A stretch of 64,000 bases of DNA, from the NCBI GenBank assembly GCA_034420475.1, contig DAOULH010000025.1, forward strand, positions 1,593 through 65,592, written 5' to 3'. Under the pieces are notes generated by a model. That model was given only the letters and a program-made list of their open reading frames with translations, made no database searches and was not told where the DNA came from. Below, in pieces: positions 46,188 to 54,947 of the stretch (position 1 is its first letter; the number at the start of each line of letters is the position of its first letter). The stretch is from Dehalococcoidia bacterium. GTDB taxonomy: Bacteria; Chloroflexota; Dehalococcoidia; Lucifugimonadales; UBA3495. The translations under genes were made by a program, and so were the position numbers.

Positions 46188-46751
46188 GTGATGACGACTG
46201 AGCAGAGTTTCTCCCAGGACATGGGCAAGTTTATCGAGGCGGCGCTGTACATTGGCGAGCGGTCGGAAGACGACCCGCACTTTGGGGTGAGCAAGCTGGT
46301 GAGGCTGCTTTACTACTCCGACTGCGGGGCCTACGCCGCGTGGGGTAAGCCCATCACCGGCACTACCTACCTGCATTTTCCCCACGGCCCCTACCCGGAG
46401 AACTGGTATCAAGCTCGGATGAAAATGGAACAGTCCGGCTCCATAACCGTGCTCCGCGACCAGCACGCCCAAGGCTACCACCGCTACGGCCTGCTCACCA
46501 ACCGCCCGGCCAATCGGGAGGCGCTGGCCCCGGAGGACCTGGAGGAAATGGATTTACAGATGGAGCGGTTCGCCGATTACAGCGCGGCAGCCATTGAGAA
46601 CCATTCCCAGTACGAAGCTGCCTGGCTGACCACCGAGGATGGGCAGCCCATGCCCTACGAGATGGCCGGCTTTACCGCCCCGCCGCTGAGCCAGAACTCC
46701 ATCCGCCACGGATTGAAAGTCGCCGATGAATTCGTTGCCCGGACAAGGTGA
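46188..46751 (+). CDS. Panacea (SocA/DUF4065) domain antitoxin candidate
   Basis: KLVRLLYYSDCGAYAAWGKPITGTTYLHFPHGPYP fits the Panacea-domain pattern. It overlaps the next small ORF by 26 nt. Confidence 0.7.
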   Translation: MMTTEQSFSQDMGKFIEAALYIGERSEDDPHFGVSKLVRLLYYSDCGAYAAWGKPITGTTYLHFPHGPYPENWYQARMKMEQSGSITVLRDQHAQGYHRYGLLTNRPANREALAPEDLEEMDLQMERFADYSAAAIENHSQYEAAWLTTEDGQPMPYEMAGFTAPPLSQNSIRHGLKVADEFVARTR

Positions 46752-47037
46752 GCCTTACCGCATCGTGCGGAGCGTCGCTTTTCATACCGATTGGGACGCC
46801 GGTGTGGCCGCCGGCTGGCTCAACGCAATGGTCCATCCCGCCCAGGTGGAATACTTCACTCGCTCCGTGCTGCCCACTAATCCCTTTTTCGGACAGACTG
46901 TGCCAGGTGCGGCGGCGAACGTCAGAAAGATCAGCTTCCCGCATTCTCCGAACAGTAGAAACGTCATTGAAGTGACTTATGCGGTAATCGAGGATGACCG
47001 CGTCATAGCTTTGCAAGCAATCCGTTTGTTGGCCTGA
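46726..47037 (+). CDS. candidate toxin partner (RelE/ParE-like ending), 103 aa
   Basis: Overlaps the Panacea gene. The C-terminal NVIEVTYAVIEDDRVIALQAIRLL resembles RelE/ParE-fold toxins. Confidence 0.45.
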   Translation: MNSLPGQGEPYRIVRSVAFHTDWDAGVAAGWLNAMVHPAQVEYFTRSVLPTNPFFGQTVPGAAANVRKISFPHSPNSRNVIEVTYAVIEDDRVIALQAIRLLA

Positions 47038-47060
47038 AACAGCCAGGAGTTATACTCACC

Positions 47061-48644
47061 ATGCCCGTTGACGCCATCAGCCTGGAAGTTTTCAAGAACA
47101 TGTTCATCTCCGTTTCCGAGGAGATGGGCGTGGCCCTGCAACGCACCAGCTACTCCACCAACATGAAGGAGCGGCAGGACTTTTCCTGCGCGCTGTTCAA
47201 TCCCGCCGCCGAAATGGTGGCCCAGGCCGCCCACCAGCCGGTGCATCTCGGAGCCATGCCGGCCTCGGTGCAGGCGGCGCTGCAAACCTTTCCGCGCGGT
47301 TTGCGCCCCGGGGACATCATCATCCTCAACGACCCCTACCTGGGCGGCTCGCACCTGCCGGACATCACGCTGGTAGCGCCGGCGTACATTGATACTGAAG
47401 ACGGCAAGCAGCTCATCGGCTACGTCAGCAACCGGGGCCATCATTCCGACGTGGGCGGCATGGCGCCCGGCTCCATGCCCCTGTCCACCGAGCTTTACCA
47501 GGAAGGGATGATCATCCCGCCCCTGAAGCTGGCCCGGGGCGGGCGCATCAACCACGAGGTCATCGCGCTGATCTGCCGCAACTCCCGCACGCCGGACGAC
47601 CGGCAGGGCGACCTGGCCGCGCAGATCGCGTCCATCCGGGTGGGAGACAAGCGTCTGACCGAAATCGCGGAACGGTACGGCCTCGATGAAACGCTGGAGC
47701 ACATGGACGCCCTGCTGGACTACTCGGAGCGGCTGACCCGCCGCCGCATCACTGAAATACCCGACGGCACCTACAACGTGACCGACTACATGGACGATGA
47801 CGGCCTGACCGAGGAGCCAGTGCGCATCTCGGTGGCGGTGACCGTGGACGGCGACCGGATGAAGATCGACTTCACTGGAACCGCCGAGCAGCGGCCCGGC
47901 TGCATCAACGCGCCCCGCGCCGTCACGGTGTCCGCCAGCCTGTACGTCGTCCGCTGCGTCGTCGGCGACGAGGCGCCGGCCAACCAGGGTTGCCTGCGGC
48001 CGGTGGAGGTCATCACGCCCCGGGGCAGCCTGGTGGACCCGCTGCCCCAGCGCGGAGTGGCCGGCGGCAACGTGGAGACGTCCCAGCGCATCACCGACGT
48101 GCTGCTGGCGGCCATGAGCCAGGCCATGCCGGATCGTATCCCGGCATCGTCTCAGGGCACGATGAACAACATGATCATCGGCGGGCACGACATCTCCCGG
48201 GACAAGCCCTACGTCTATTACGAGACCATCGGCGGCGGCATGGGCGCCCGCCCCGATAAGGACGGCGTGTCCGGCATCCACACCCACATGACCAACACCA
48301 TGAACACACCCGTGGAGGCGCTGGAGTTCGCCTTCCCGCTGCGTTTGCGCCGCTACGCCCTGCGCCGGGGCTCCGGGGGCGACGGTCTGCACAAGGGCGG
48401 CGACGGCCTGATCCGGGACGTGGAGTTTCTGAGCCCGGCTCGCGTCACCGTGTTGTCCGAGCGTCGGCGGTACGCTCCGCCCGGCTATCATGGTGGACAC
48501 CACGGCGAGCACGGCGAGAACGTCCTGCTGAAGGGCGGTTACGAAGAGGTCCACCTGGCCGGCAAAGAGACCCTGGACGTCGAGGCCGGCGACGTGCTGA
48601 GCATCCGCACGCCCGGCGGCGGCGGCTGGGGCGCGCCCGCGTAA
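47061..48644 (+). CDS. hyuB: hydantoinase B/oxoprolinase family protein
   Basis: ISLEVFKNMFISVSEEMGVALQRTSYSTNMKERQDFSCALF is a typical N-terminus. 527 aa. Confidence 0.85.
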   Translation: MPVDAISLEVFKNMFISVSEEMGVALQRTSYSTNMKERQDFSCALFNPAAEMVAQAAHQPVHLGAMPASVQAALQTFPRGLRPGDIIILNDPYLGGSHLPDITLVAPAYIDTEDGKQLIGYVSNRGHHSDVGGMAPGSMPLSTELYQEGMIIPPLKLARGGRINHEVIALICRNSRTPDDRQGDLAAQIASIRVGDKRLTEIAERYGLDETLEHMDALLDYSERLTRRRITEIPDGTYNVTDYMDDDGLTEEPVRISVAVTVDGDRMKIDFTGTAEQRPGCINAPRAVTVSASLYVVRCVVGDEAPANQGCLRPVEVITPRGSLVDPLPQRGVAGGNVETSQRITDVLLAAMSQAMPDRIPASSQGTMNNMIIGGHDISRDKPYVYYETIGGGMGARPDKDGVSGIHTHMTNTMNTPVEALEFAFPLRLRRYALRRGSGGDGLHKGGDGLIRDVEFLSPARVTVLSERRRYAPPGYHGGHHGEHGENVLLKGGYEEVHLAGKETLDVEAGDVLSIRTPGGGGWGAPA

Positions 48645-48725
48645 GTCATCTCACATCGATGGACAGGATAGACATGATATTGATTTGGTTATCCTGTTCA
48701 TCCTGTATATCGATGTAAAAATAAT

Positions 48726-49415
48726 ATGCTGGATACAATTGCCGACGTTCAGGAGCGGGTGGTAGCCTGCCGGGCCTGCCCTCGCCTGGTGGAATGGCGG
48801 GAGGAAACCGCGCGGGTCAAGCGGCGGATGTACCGCGAGGAGGACTACTGGGGTCGCCCGCTGGCGGCCTTCGGCGACCCCAACGCCCGCCTGCTCATCG
48901 TCGGCCTGGCGCCCGCCGCCCACGGCGGCAACCGCACGGGCCGGATGTTCACCGGCGACCGCAGCGGCGACTGGCTGTTCGGCGCGTTGCACCGGGCCGG
49001 TTTCGCCAACCAGCCGGAGTCGGTTCGACCGGGTGACGGTCTGGAGCTTCGAGGCGCGCTGATCACGGCTGCGGCCCGCTGCGCTCCGCCGCAGAACAAG
49101 CTGCGGCCCGATGAACTGACCGCCTGTCGTCCCTACATCACCCGCGAGATCGAGTTGCTCACCGACCTGCGCGCGGTGGTAGCCCTGGGGCGCATTGCCT
49201 TCGATGCCTTCCTGCGGGCCTATGCTGCGGCCGGACGCAAGCCGCCGGAGCGCAAGCCTCCCTTCGGCCACGACGTGGCGACCCTGTTACCGGACGGCGG
49301 GCCGATGCTCATCGCCTGCTACCACCCCAGCCAGCAGAACACCCAAACCGGCCGGCTCACCGAGCCGATGCTTGACGCGGTGTTTGCCCGGGCGCGCGAT
49401 GCCTGCGGGTTCTGA
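48726..49415 (+). CDS. uracil-DNA glycosylase, family 5-like
   Basis: CRACPRL, VGLAPAAHGGNRTGRMFTGD, CYHPSQQN. Confidence 0.8.
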   Translation: MLDTIADVQERVVACRACPRLVEWREETARVKRRMYREEDYWGRPLAAFGDPNARLLIVGLAPAAHGGNRTGRMFTGDRSGDWLFGALHRAGFANQPESVRPGDGLELRGALITAAARCAPPQNKLRPDELTACRPYITREIELLTDLRAVVALGRIAFDAFLRAYAAAGRKPPERKPPFGHDVATLLPDGGPMLIACYHPSQQNTQTGRLTEPMLDAVFARARDACGF

Positions 49416-49429
49416 GTTCGTTTCGTGCC

Positions 49430-49489
49430 CCGCTCATGGTGAGCCGGTCGAACCACGAGCGGGTCCTTCGACAGGCTCAGGACGAGCGG
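49430..49489. repeat. REP-like imperfect palindrome just after the UDG stop
   Basis: The arm CCGCTCATGGTGAGCCGGTCGAA pairs with TTCGACAGGCTCAGGACGAGCGG. One copy in the window. Confidence 0.6.
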
Positions 49490-49642
49490 AATGTTGAGTG
49501 ATGTGGAACTTTGGAGGTGCCTGTCTGCCGGGGGTCTCGGCGGTTTTACACCCCGACGCCTAGCGGGTATCATGCCTGCACCATCCAGAAATCCCGCCGG
49601 CCTCGTTGACGCCGGCGTTTTCCGCGACCCAAGGAGGCCGTC

Positions 49643-50842
49643 ATGAGAGGAGTAGCCATAGTTTCCCCGGTCCGCACCGCCGTCGGCAATTTCGGCGGAG
49701 CGCTGCGTGACGTGCCCGCCGCCGAGCTGGCCTCCACCGTCATCCAGGCCGCGTTGGAACGCAGCGGCGTGGACCCCGCCCAGGTTGATGACGTGATCCT
49801 AGGCCACGGGTACCCCTCGGGCGAGAACCCCGCGATTGGCCGCTTGGCCAGTCTGAAGGCGGGACTGCCCATCGAGGTGCCCGGCTACCAGTTGGACCGC
49901 CGCTGCTCCTCGGGTCTCCAGGCCATCCTCAACGCCTCCATGCTGATCCAGACCGAGAACGCCGACGTGGTCATCGCCGGCGGCGCCGAGAGCATGAGCA
50001 GCGCCGAGTTCTACAGCAACGAGTCCCGCTGGGGCGCGCGGTTCGGCTCGGTGACCTTCCATGACCGCCTGGCCCGGGCGCGTGTCACCATCGCGCCGGA
50101 CGAGCGCTTCGGGCCCATTCCCGGCGGCATGGTCGAGACCGCCGAGAACCTGGCCCGCGAGTACGAAATTCCCCGCGAGGAACAGGACGAGTACGCCCTG
50201 CGCAGCCACCAGCGCGCCGTGGCCGCCCGCGACTCGGGCAAGTTCGCTGATGAGATCGTGCCGGTGAGCATCCCCCAGCGTCGCGGCGACCCCAAGATCT
50301 TCGACGCGGACGAAGGCCCCCGCGCCGACACCACCATGGAGGTCCTGGGTCGGCTGCGCCCGGTGATGCGCGACGGCGTGGTCACCGCGGGCAACGCCAG
50401 CAGCCAGAACGATGCGGCGTCGGTTTGCCTGGTGGTGGCCGAGGACAAGCTGGAGGAGCTGGGCCTGGAACCCATGGCATTCCTGCGCGGTTGGGCCGTC
50501 ACCGGTTGCCATCCGGCGACCATGGGCATCGGCCCGGTGCCGGCGGTGAACAAGGTCATGGACAAGATCGGCATGACCCTGGGCGACATGGACATCATCG
50601 AGCTGAACGAGGCCTTCGCGGCCCAAGTGCTTGCCGTGCTGCGCGAGTGGCAGTTGCCCCACGAGGACAACCTGAACGTCAACGGCTCCGGCATCTCCCT
50701 GGGCCATCCTATCGCGGCCACCGGCGCCCGCATCCTCACCACCATGCTCCACGAGATGCAGCGTCAGGACGCCCAGTGGGGCCTGGAGACCATGTGCGTC
50801 GGCGGCGGCCAGGGCGTGGCGGCAGTGTTCGAGCGTAAGTAG
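49643..50842 (+). CDS. acetyl-CoA C-acetyltransferase (thiolase)
   Basis: VAIVSPVRTAVGNFGG, the active-site Cys region DRRCSSGLQA, and the C-terminal CVGGGQGVA. Confidence 0.9.
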   Translation: MRGVAIVSPVRTAVGNFGGALRDVPAAELASTVIQAALERSGVDPAQVDDVILGHGYPSGENPAIGRLASLKAGLPIEVPGYQLDRRCSSGLQAILNASMLIQTENADVVIAGGAESMSSAEFYSNESRWGARFGSVTFHDRLARARVTIAPDERFGPIPGGMVETAENLAREYEIPREEQDEYALRSHQRAVAARDSGKFADEIVPVSIPQRRGDPKIFDADEGPRADTTMEVLGRLRPVMRDGVVTAGNASSQNDAASVCLVVAEDKLEELGLEPMAFLRGWAVTGCHPATMGIGPVPAVNKVMDKIGMTLGDMDIIELNEAFAAQVLAVLREWQLPHEDNLNVNGSGISLGHPIAATGARILTTMLHEMQRQDAQWGLETMCVGGGQGVAAVFERK

Positions 50843-50934
50843 AATTCCGGTTGCTGCATCAGCGTGTAAGGGCGAGCCTGTTGACTACAAGTTCGCCCTG
50901 TTTCATTAGGTACTGCAAGTGCCGGCACGCGCCC

Positions 50935-53900
50935 ATGATGGAATTCAATCAGGAATACACCGCTATGACCCCCTCCGATTTTCGCGCTTACATTCAAACC
51001 CTGCGGGTCAACATCTCCCAGGGCAATGCTACCGAGCATACCCACCGCTCGGCCCTGCAAGCGTTGGTGGAGGCGAACGCCGGCATCAGCGCTATCAACG
51101 AGCCCAGGCGCATCGACTGCGGCGCGCCCGATTTCGCCATCGTCAAATCCGGTGATAACCCGTTGTCCATTGGCTATATCGAAACCAAAGACGTTGACGC
51201 CAATTTGGACAACGTCGAAAACGATGAACAACTGAAACGCTACCGTGCCGGCCTCTCTAACCTGATACTGACCAACTATACCGAATTCCGCTGGTACGTG
51301 GACGGCGAGTTGCGAGGATCAGCGGTCCTGGCCAATATTGACGGTAACGGTCGCCCATCCATCACCGCCGATGGTATCAGCGATACCGGCGTGCTGCTGG
51401 GAAACTTTCTCAGCCGCAGCCCTGAATCCGTCGGCGACTCCGTGGAACTGGCCCGACGCATGGCGCGCCTTACTCACATTGTCCGCGACGCGGTGCGCGC
51501 CGGTTTTGAGCAGGGCCTGGTATCGTCGGACGTACAGGACCTCTACCTGGCCTCGCAGGAATGCCTGGTGCCCGACCTTTCTGCCGACGCCTTCGCCGAT
51601 ATGTTCGCCCAGACTCTGGCCTACGGCCTGTTTGCAGCCCGAGTCAATCATCCGGCCCGCGACTTCAGCCGTCACACCGCCGCTCACTTCATTCCCCCCA
51701 CCAATCCCTTTATACGCCGGATTTTCGGTATGGTGGCCGGCCCCAGCCTTGATGATGAGCCCTTCGTGAGCTTCGTGGACGACCTGACGCAACTGCTGGG
51801 CAACGCCGATATGTCGGCGATACTGGCCGACTTCGGCAAGCGGACCATCCGCCAAGATCCGATAATGAACTTCTATGAGACCTTCCTCGCCGCCTATGAC
51901 CCGGCCCTGCGGGAACGTCGGGGCGTCTATTACACGCCGGAGCCGGTAATTGGCTACATCGTCCGTTCCGTAGATCACCTGCTGCGGGAAAGTTTCGGCT
52001 GCGCCGAGGGACTGGCGGACTACGCCATGACCAATTATCGCTGCGATGACGGCGCCGGAAACGTGAAAACGGGCGAGGCGCACCGTGTCCTTGTGCTGGA
52101 CCCGGCCTGTGGCACCGGTTCCTTTCTGTACGCCGTGATTGACCACATCCGAGAGCGCTATCACGACGCGGGTCTCGGTGGCATGTGGAGCGGCTACGTC
52201 AAGGAACATCTGCTGCCCCGCCTGTTCGGGTTCGAGTTGCTGATGGCCCCCTACGCCATGGGACACCTCAAGCTCGGTATGCAGTTGGCGGCACGGGACT
52301 TGCCTGACGAGCAGCAGGCCGGTTGGGCCTATGAGTTTGACAGCAACGAGCGACTGCGGGTGTACCTTACCAACTCTTTGGAGCAGACCGACCGACAGAC
52401 GCCGGTCATGTTCGGCCCGTTGCGCGTTATCACCGAAGAAGCCAACGCGGCCGCCGAAGTCAAGCGTGACTTGCCCATTATGGTGGTGCTGGGCAACCCG
52501 CCCTATTCCGGCCATTCCTCCAACAAGGGCGAATGGATCAGCGGGCTGATTGACGACTACAAGCGGGTTGACGGCCAGCCCCTGGGTGAAAGAAACACCA
52601 AGTGGCTGCAAGATGACTACGTGAAGTTCATACGGTTCGGGCAGTGGCGCATCAAGCAGTCCGGCAGCGGCATACTGGCGTTCATCACCAACCATGCCTA
52701 CCTGAACAACCCCACCTTCCGGGGGATGCGCCAGCAACTGCTGGACACCTTCACGGACATTTACCTGCTGGACCTGCACGGCAATTCCCGCACCAGAGAA
52801 CGCGCTCCGGACGGCGGCGTTGACGAGAACGTTTTTGACATCCAACAGGGCGTGGCCATCGCAATATTCGTGAAAGCGCCGGACAGGCCGGGGCCGGCCG
52901 CGGTTCATCACGCTGACTTGTGGGGTACGCGCGACGCCAAGTACGCGGCCCTGTCCGAACTGGAAATATCAAACACCGATTGGGAAGAGCTCCGTCCGGC
53001 GTCTCCTGATTATCGGTTCAAGCCCTGGGACAATGAACTTGAGGCTCAATACCTGCAATGGCCCAAGATTTCAGACGTTATACCGATTCATTCCGCAGGT
53101 ATCGTAACTGCACGAGATAGTTTGACTATTCGCTGGTCGCGTGATGAGGTAATGACGGTAGTACGCGATTTCGCTGGGATTCCGTCCGAAACGGCCAGAG
53201 GCAAGTACAACCTGGGTGGAGATGTCCGGGACTGGAAGGTTCAGTTGGCGCAGGATGACCTGAATGCCGCCGGCGTAAATGACGAACTGGCTGTGCCAAT
53301 CCTGTACCGGCCATACGATACCCGCTATACCTACTACACCGGCAAAACTCGCGGTTTTATCTGTATGCCGCGCCCGGAAGTAATGCGGCATTTGCTCGCA
53401 GATGGAAACCTAGCGCTCATAACGACCCGTCAGACTACCGATCAATGGGGAGCGTTAGTCACCCAATACATTTGCGGACATAAAACGTGCGCTGCACAAG
53501 ATATCAACACTGCATTCCCTCTTTACACCTACCCCGCCGAACAGGAAATCGCCGCTGGCCTGTACGACACTGGCTACCGGGAACCTAATCTTGCTCCCGA
53601 CTTCACTGCCGCTATGGAGAGTGGCCTCGGCCTGCGCTTTATCGCCGACGGACCCGGCGACTTGCAGGCTACGTTCGGGCCGGAGGACGTGTTCCACTAC
53701 ATCTACGCCGTGTTCCACTCGCCCGCCTACCGGGAGCGTTACGACCAGTTCCTGCGGGCCGATTTTCCCCGCGTGCCATTTCCCCGCGACGCGGCGCAGT
53801 TCCGCGCCCTGGCCGGCTTGGGGCAGCGGCTGACCGATACCCATCTGCTGCGTTCGCCGGAATTGGCGGCATCGACGGTAGCCTTTCCCATCGCCGGTGA

Positions 53901-54483
53901 CAGCGCCATCGCCAGGGGTTACCCCAAATACACGGAACCCAACCCCGCCGGCGGCGTTGTGCAGGGCCGCGTCAATATCAACCGCCGCCAGTATTTTGAG
54001 GGCATCGCGCCGGAAGTCTGGCAGTTCCGCATCGGCGGCTACCAACCCATGGATAAATGGCTGAAAGACCGCCGAGGTAGAACGCTGTCTTTTGACGATA
54101 TCGACCACTATCGCCGTATGGCGGCGGCGATTGGCGAAACCATCAACCTGATGGAGCGGGTTGACCGGGCAATTGAGGAAACGGGCGGGTTGTTCGGGAC
54201 GAAAACCGAACAGACGCCAACCAATGAGAGCATCCCCTACCCTGAAAAGCAGCGTGAGGCGCACGCGATTTATGATGCACAGATCCGCCCTTTGCTGGCG
54301 CCGGGCGACGAGGACAAGTACGTGATGATTGACATTGTCTCCGGAGACTACGAAATAGGCGAAAATCGAGCCACCCTGGTTCGCATATTGCGGGAGCGTC
54401 GCCCTGACGCGATTATGCACACCATACACCGCCACCAATCTTACCAGGGACGTATCCGCAGCCCGCGCCGCGTCGTCCGTTAG
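50935..54483 (+). CDS. type IIG / Type ISP-family restriction-modification enzyme (PD-(D/E)xK-like N-terminus + N6A methylase + ISP-type C-terminal domain) with an extra ~92-aa C-terminal extension
   Basis: ATEHTHRSAL...CGAPDFAIV...IGYIETKD. GVYYTPEPV, VLDPACGTGSFLYA, VLGNPPYSGHS. FHYIYAVFHSPAYRERY, IGGYQPMDKWLKDR. The extension spans 54205-54483. ATG at 50965 is an alternative start. Confidence 0.8.
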   Translation: MMEFNQEYTAMTPSDFRAYIQTLRVNISQGNATEHTHRSALQALVEANAGISAINEPRRIDCGAPDFAIVKSGDNPLSIGYIETKDVDANLDNVENDEQLKRYRAGLSNLILTNYTEFRWYVDGELRGSAVLANIDGNGRPSITADGISDTGVLLGNFLSRSPESVGDSVELARRMARLTHIVRDAVRAGFEQGLVSSDVQDLYLASQECLVPDLSADAFADMFAQTLAYGLFAARVNHPARDFSRHTAAHFIPPTNPFIRRIFGMVAGPSLDDEPFVSFVDDLTQLLGNADMSAILADFGKRTIRQDPIMNFYETFLAAYDPALRERRGVYYTPEPVIGYIVRSVDHLLRESFGCAEGLADYAMTNYRCDDGAGNVKTGEAHRVLVLDPACGTGSFLYAVIDHIRERYHDAGLGGMWSGYVKEHLLPRLFGFELLMAPYAMGHLKLGMQLAARDLPDEQQAGWAYEFDSNERLRVYLTNSLEQTDRQTPVMFGPLRVITEEANAAAEVKRDLPIMVVLGNPPYSGHSSNKGEWISGLIDDYKRVDGQPLGERNTKWLQDDYVKFIRFGQWRIKQSGSGILAFITNHAYLNNPTFRGMRQQLLDTFTDIYLLDLHGNSRTRERAPDGGVDENVFDIQQGVAIAIFVKAPDRPGPAAVHHADLWGTRDAKYAALSELEISNTDWEELRPASPDYRFKPWDNELEAQYLQWPKISDVIPIHSAGIVTARDSLTIRWSRDEVMTVVRDFAGIPSETARGKYNLGGDVRDWKVQLAQDDLNAAGVNDELAVPILYRPYDTRYTYYTGKTRGFICMPRPEVMRHLLADGNLALITTRQTTDQWGALVTQYICGHKTCAAQDINTAFPLYTYPAEQEIAAGLYDTGYREPNLAPDFTAAMESGLGLRFIADGPGDLQATFGPEDVFHYIYAVFHSPAYRERYDQFLRADFPRVPFPRDAAQFRALAGLGQRLTDTHLLRSPELAASTVAFPIAGDSAIARGYPKYTEPNPAGGVVQGRVNINRRQYFEGIAPEVWQFRIGGYQPMDKWLKDRRGRTLSFDDIDHYRRMAAAIGETINLMERVDRAIEETGGLFGTKTEQTPTNESIPYPEKQREAHAIYDAQIRPLLAPGDEDKYVMIDIVSGDYEIGENRATLVRILRERRPDAIMHTIHRHQSYQGRIRSPRRVVR

Positions 54484-54501
54484 CAAGGAGGAAATGCCCT
54501 G

Positions 54502-54912
54502 ATGCATCGCGGCACGGTCAACGAATCCCTCGAACCGTGCGTTCGCCTCACATTGTCAGACTTCGGCAACACAACGCGCGCCGTCGATTTCGTTATCGAC
54601 ACCGGAAGCAACGAGGAGATAGTGCTTCCCCGAACCATCATCGACCAATTCAATCTGATACCGGGGGATAAAACGTCCGTTATCATGGGCGACGGGAGAA
54701 CCACCATCTGCGCTACGTACAGCGCTCAGGTTGAATGGCATGGACAGCCTAGAGACGTGATGGTCACAGAGGGGTTTGAGCCGCTAATCGGGATGCTGCT
54801 GCTCGAGGGGAGCAATCTCAGCGTTGACGCAACTCCGGGAGGCGCGGTAACCATCTCCGAACTGCCCTGGCGTGCCGTCAATTTACCCCAACCGCCCCCG
54901 CCGCCGTTATAA
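54502..54912 (+). CDS. retropepsin-like (clan AA) aspartic protease
   Basis: FVIDTGSNEEIVLP has the DTG motif. AAGGAGG lies 8 nt upstream. 136 aa. Confidence 0.7.
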   Translation: MHRGTVNESLEPCVRLTLSDFGNTTRAVDFVIDTGSNEEIVLPRTIIDQFNLIPGDKTSVIMGDGRTTICATYSAQVEWHGQPRDVMVTEGFEPLIGMLLLEGSNLSVDATPGGAVTISELPWRAVNLPQPPPPPL

Positions 54913-54947
54913 TGTGCCGCAACCTCCATACGCAGGAGCAAACACTT

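Noticed and set aside
48651-48725. AT-rich 75-nt spacer with nested inverted repeats (ACAGGATA...TATCCTGT) and a TTGATT...TATATC promoter-like pair before the UDG gene
   Set aside because: The -10 is weak and would leave a leader of about 9 nt with no SD. This is plausible but not supportable without transcript data.
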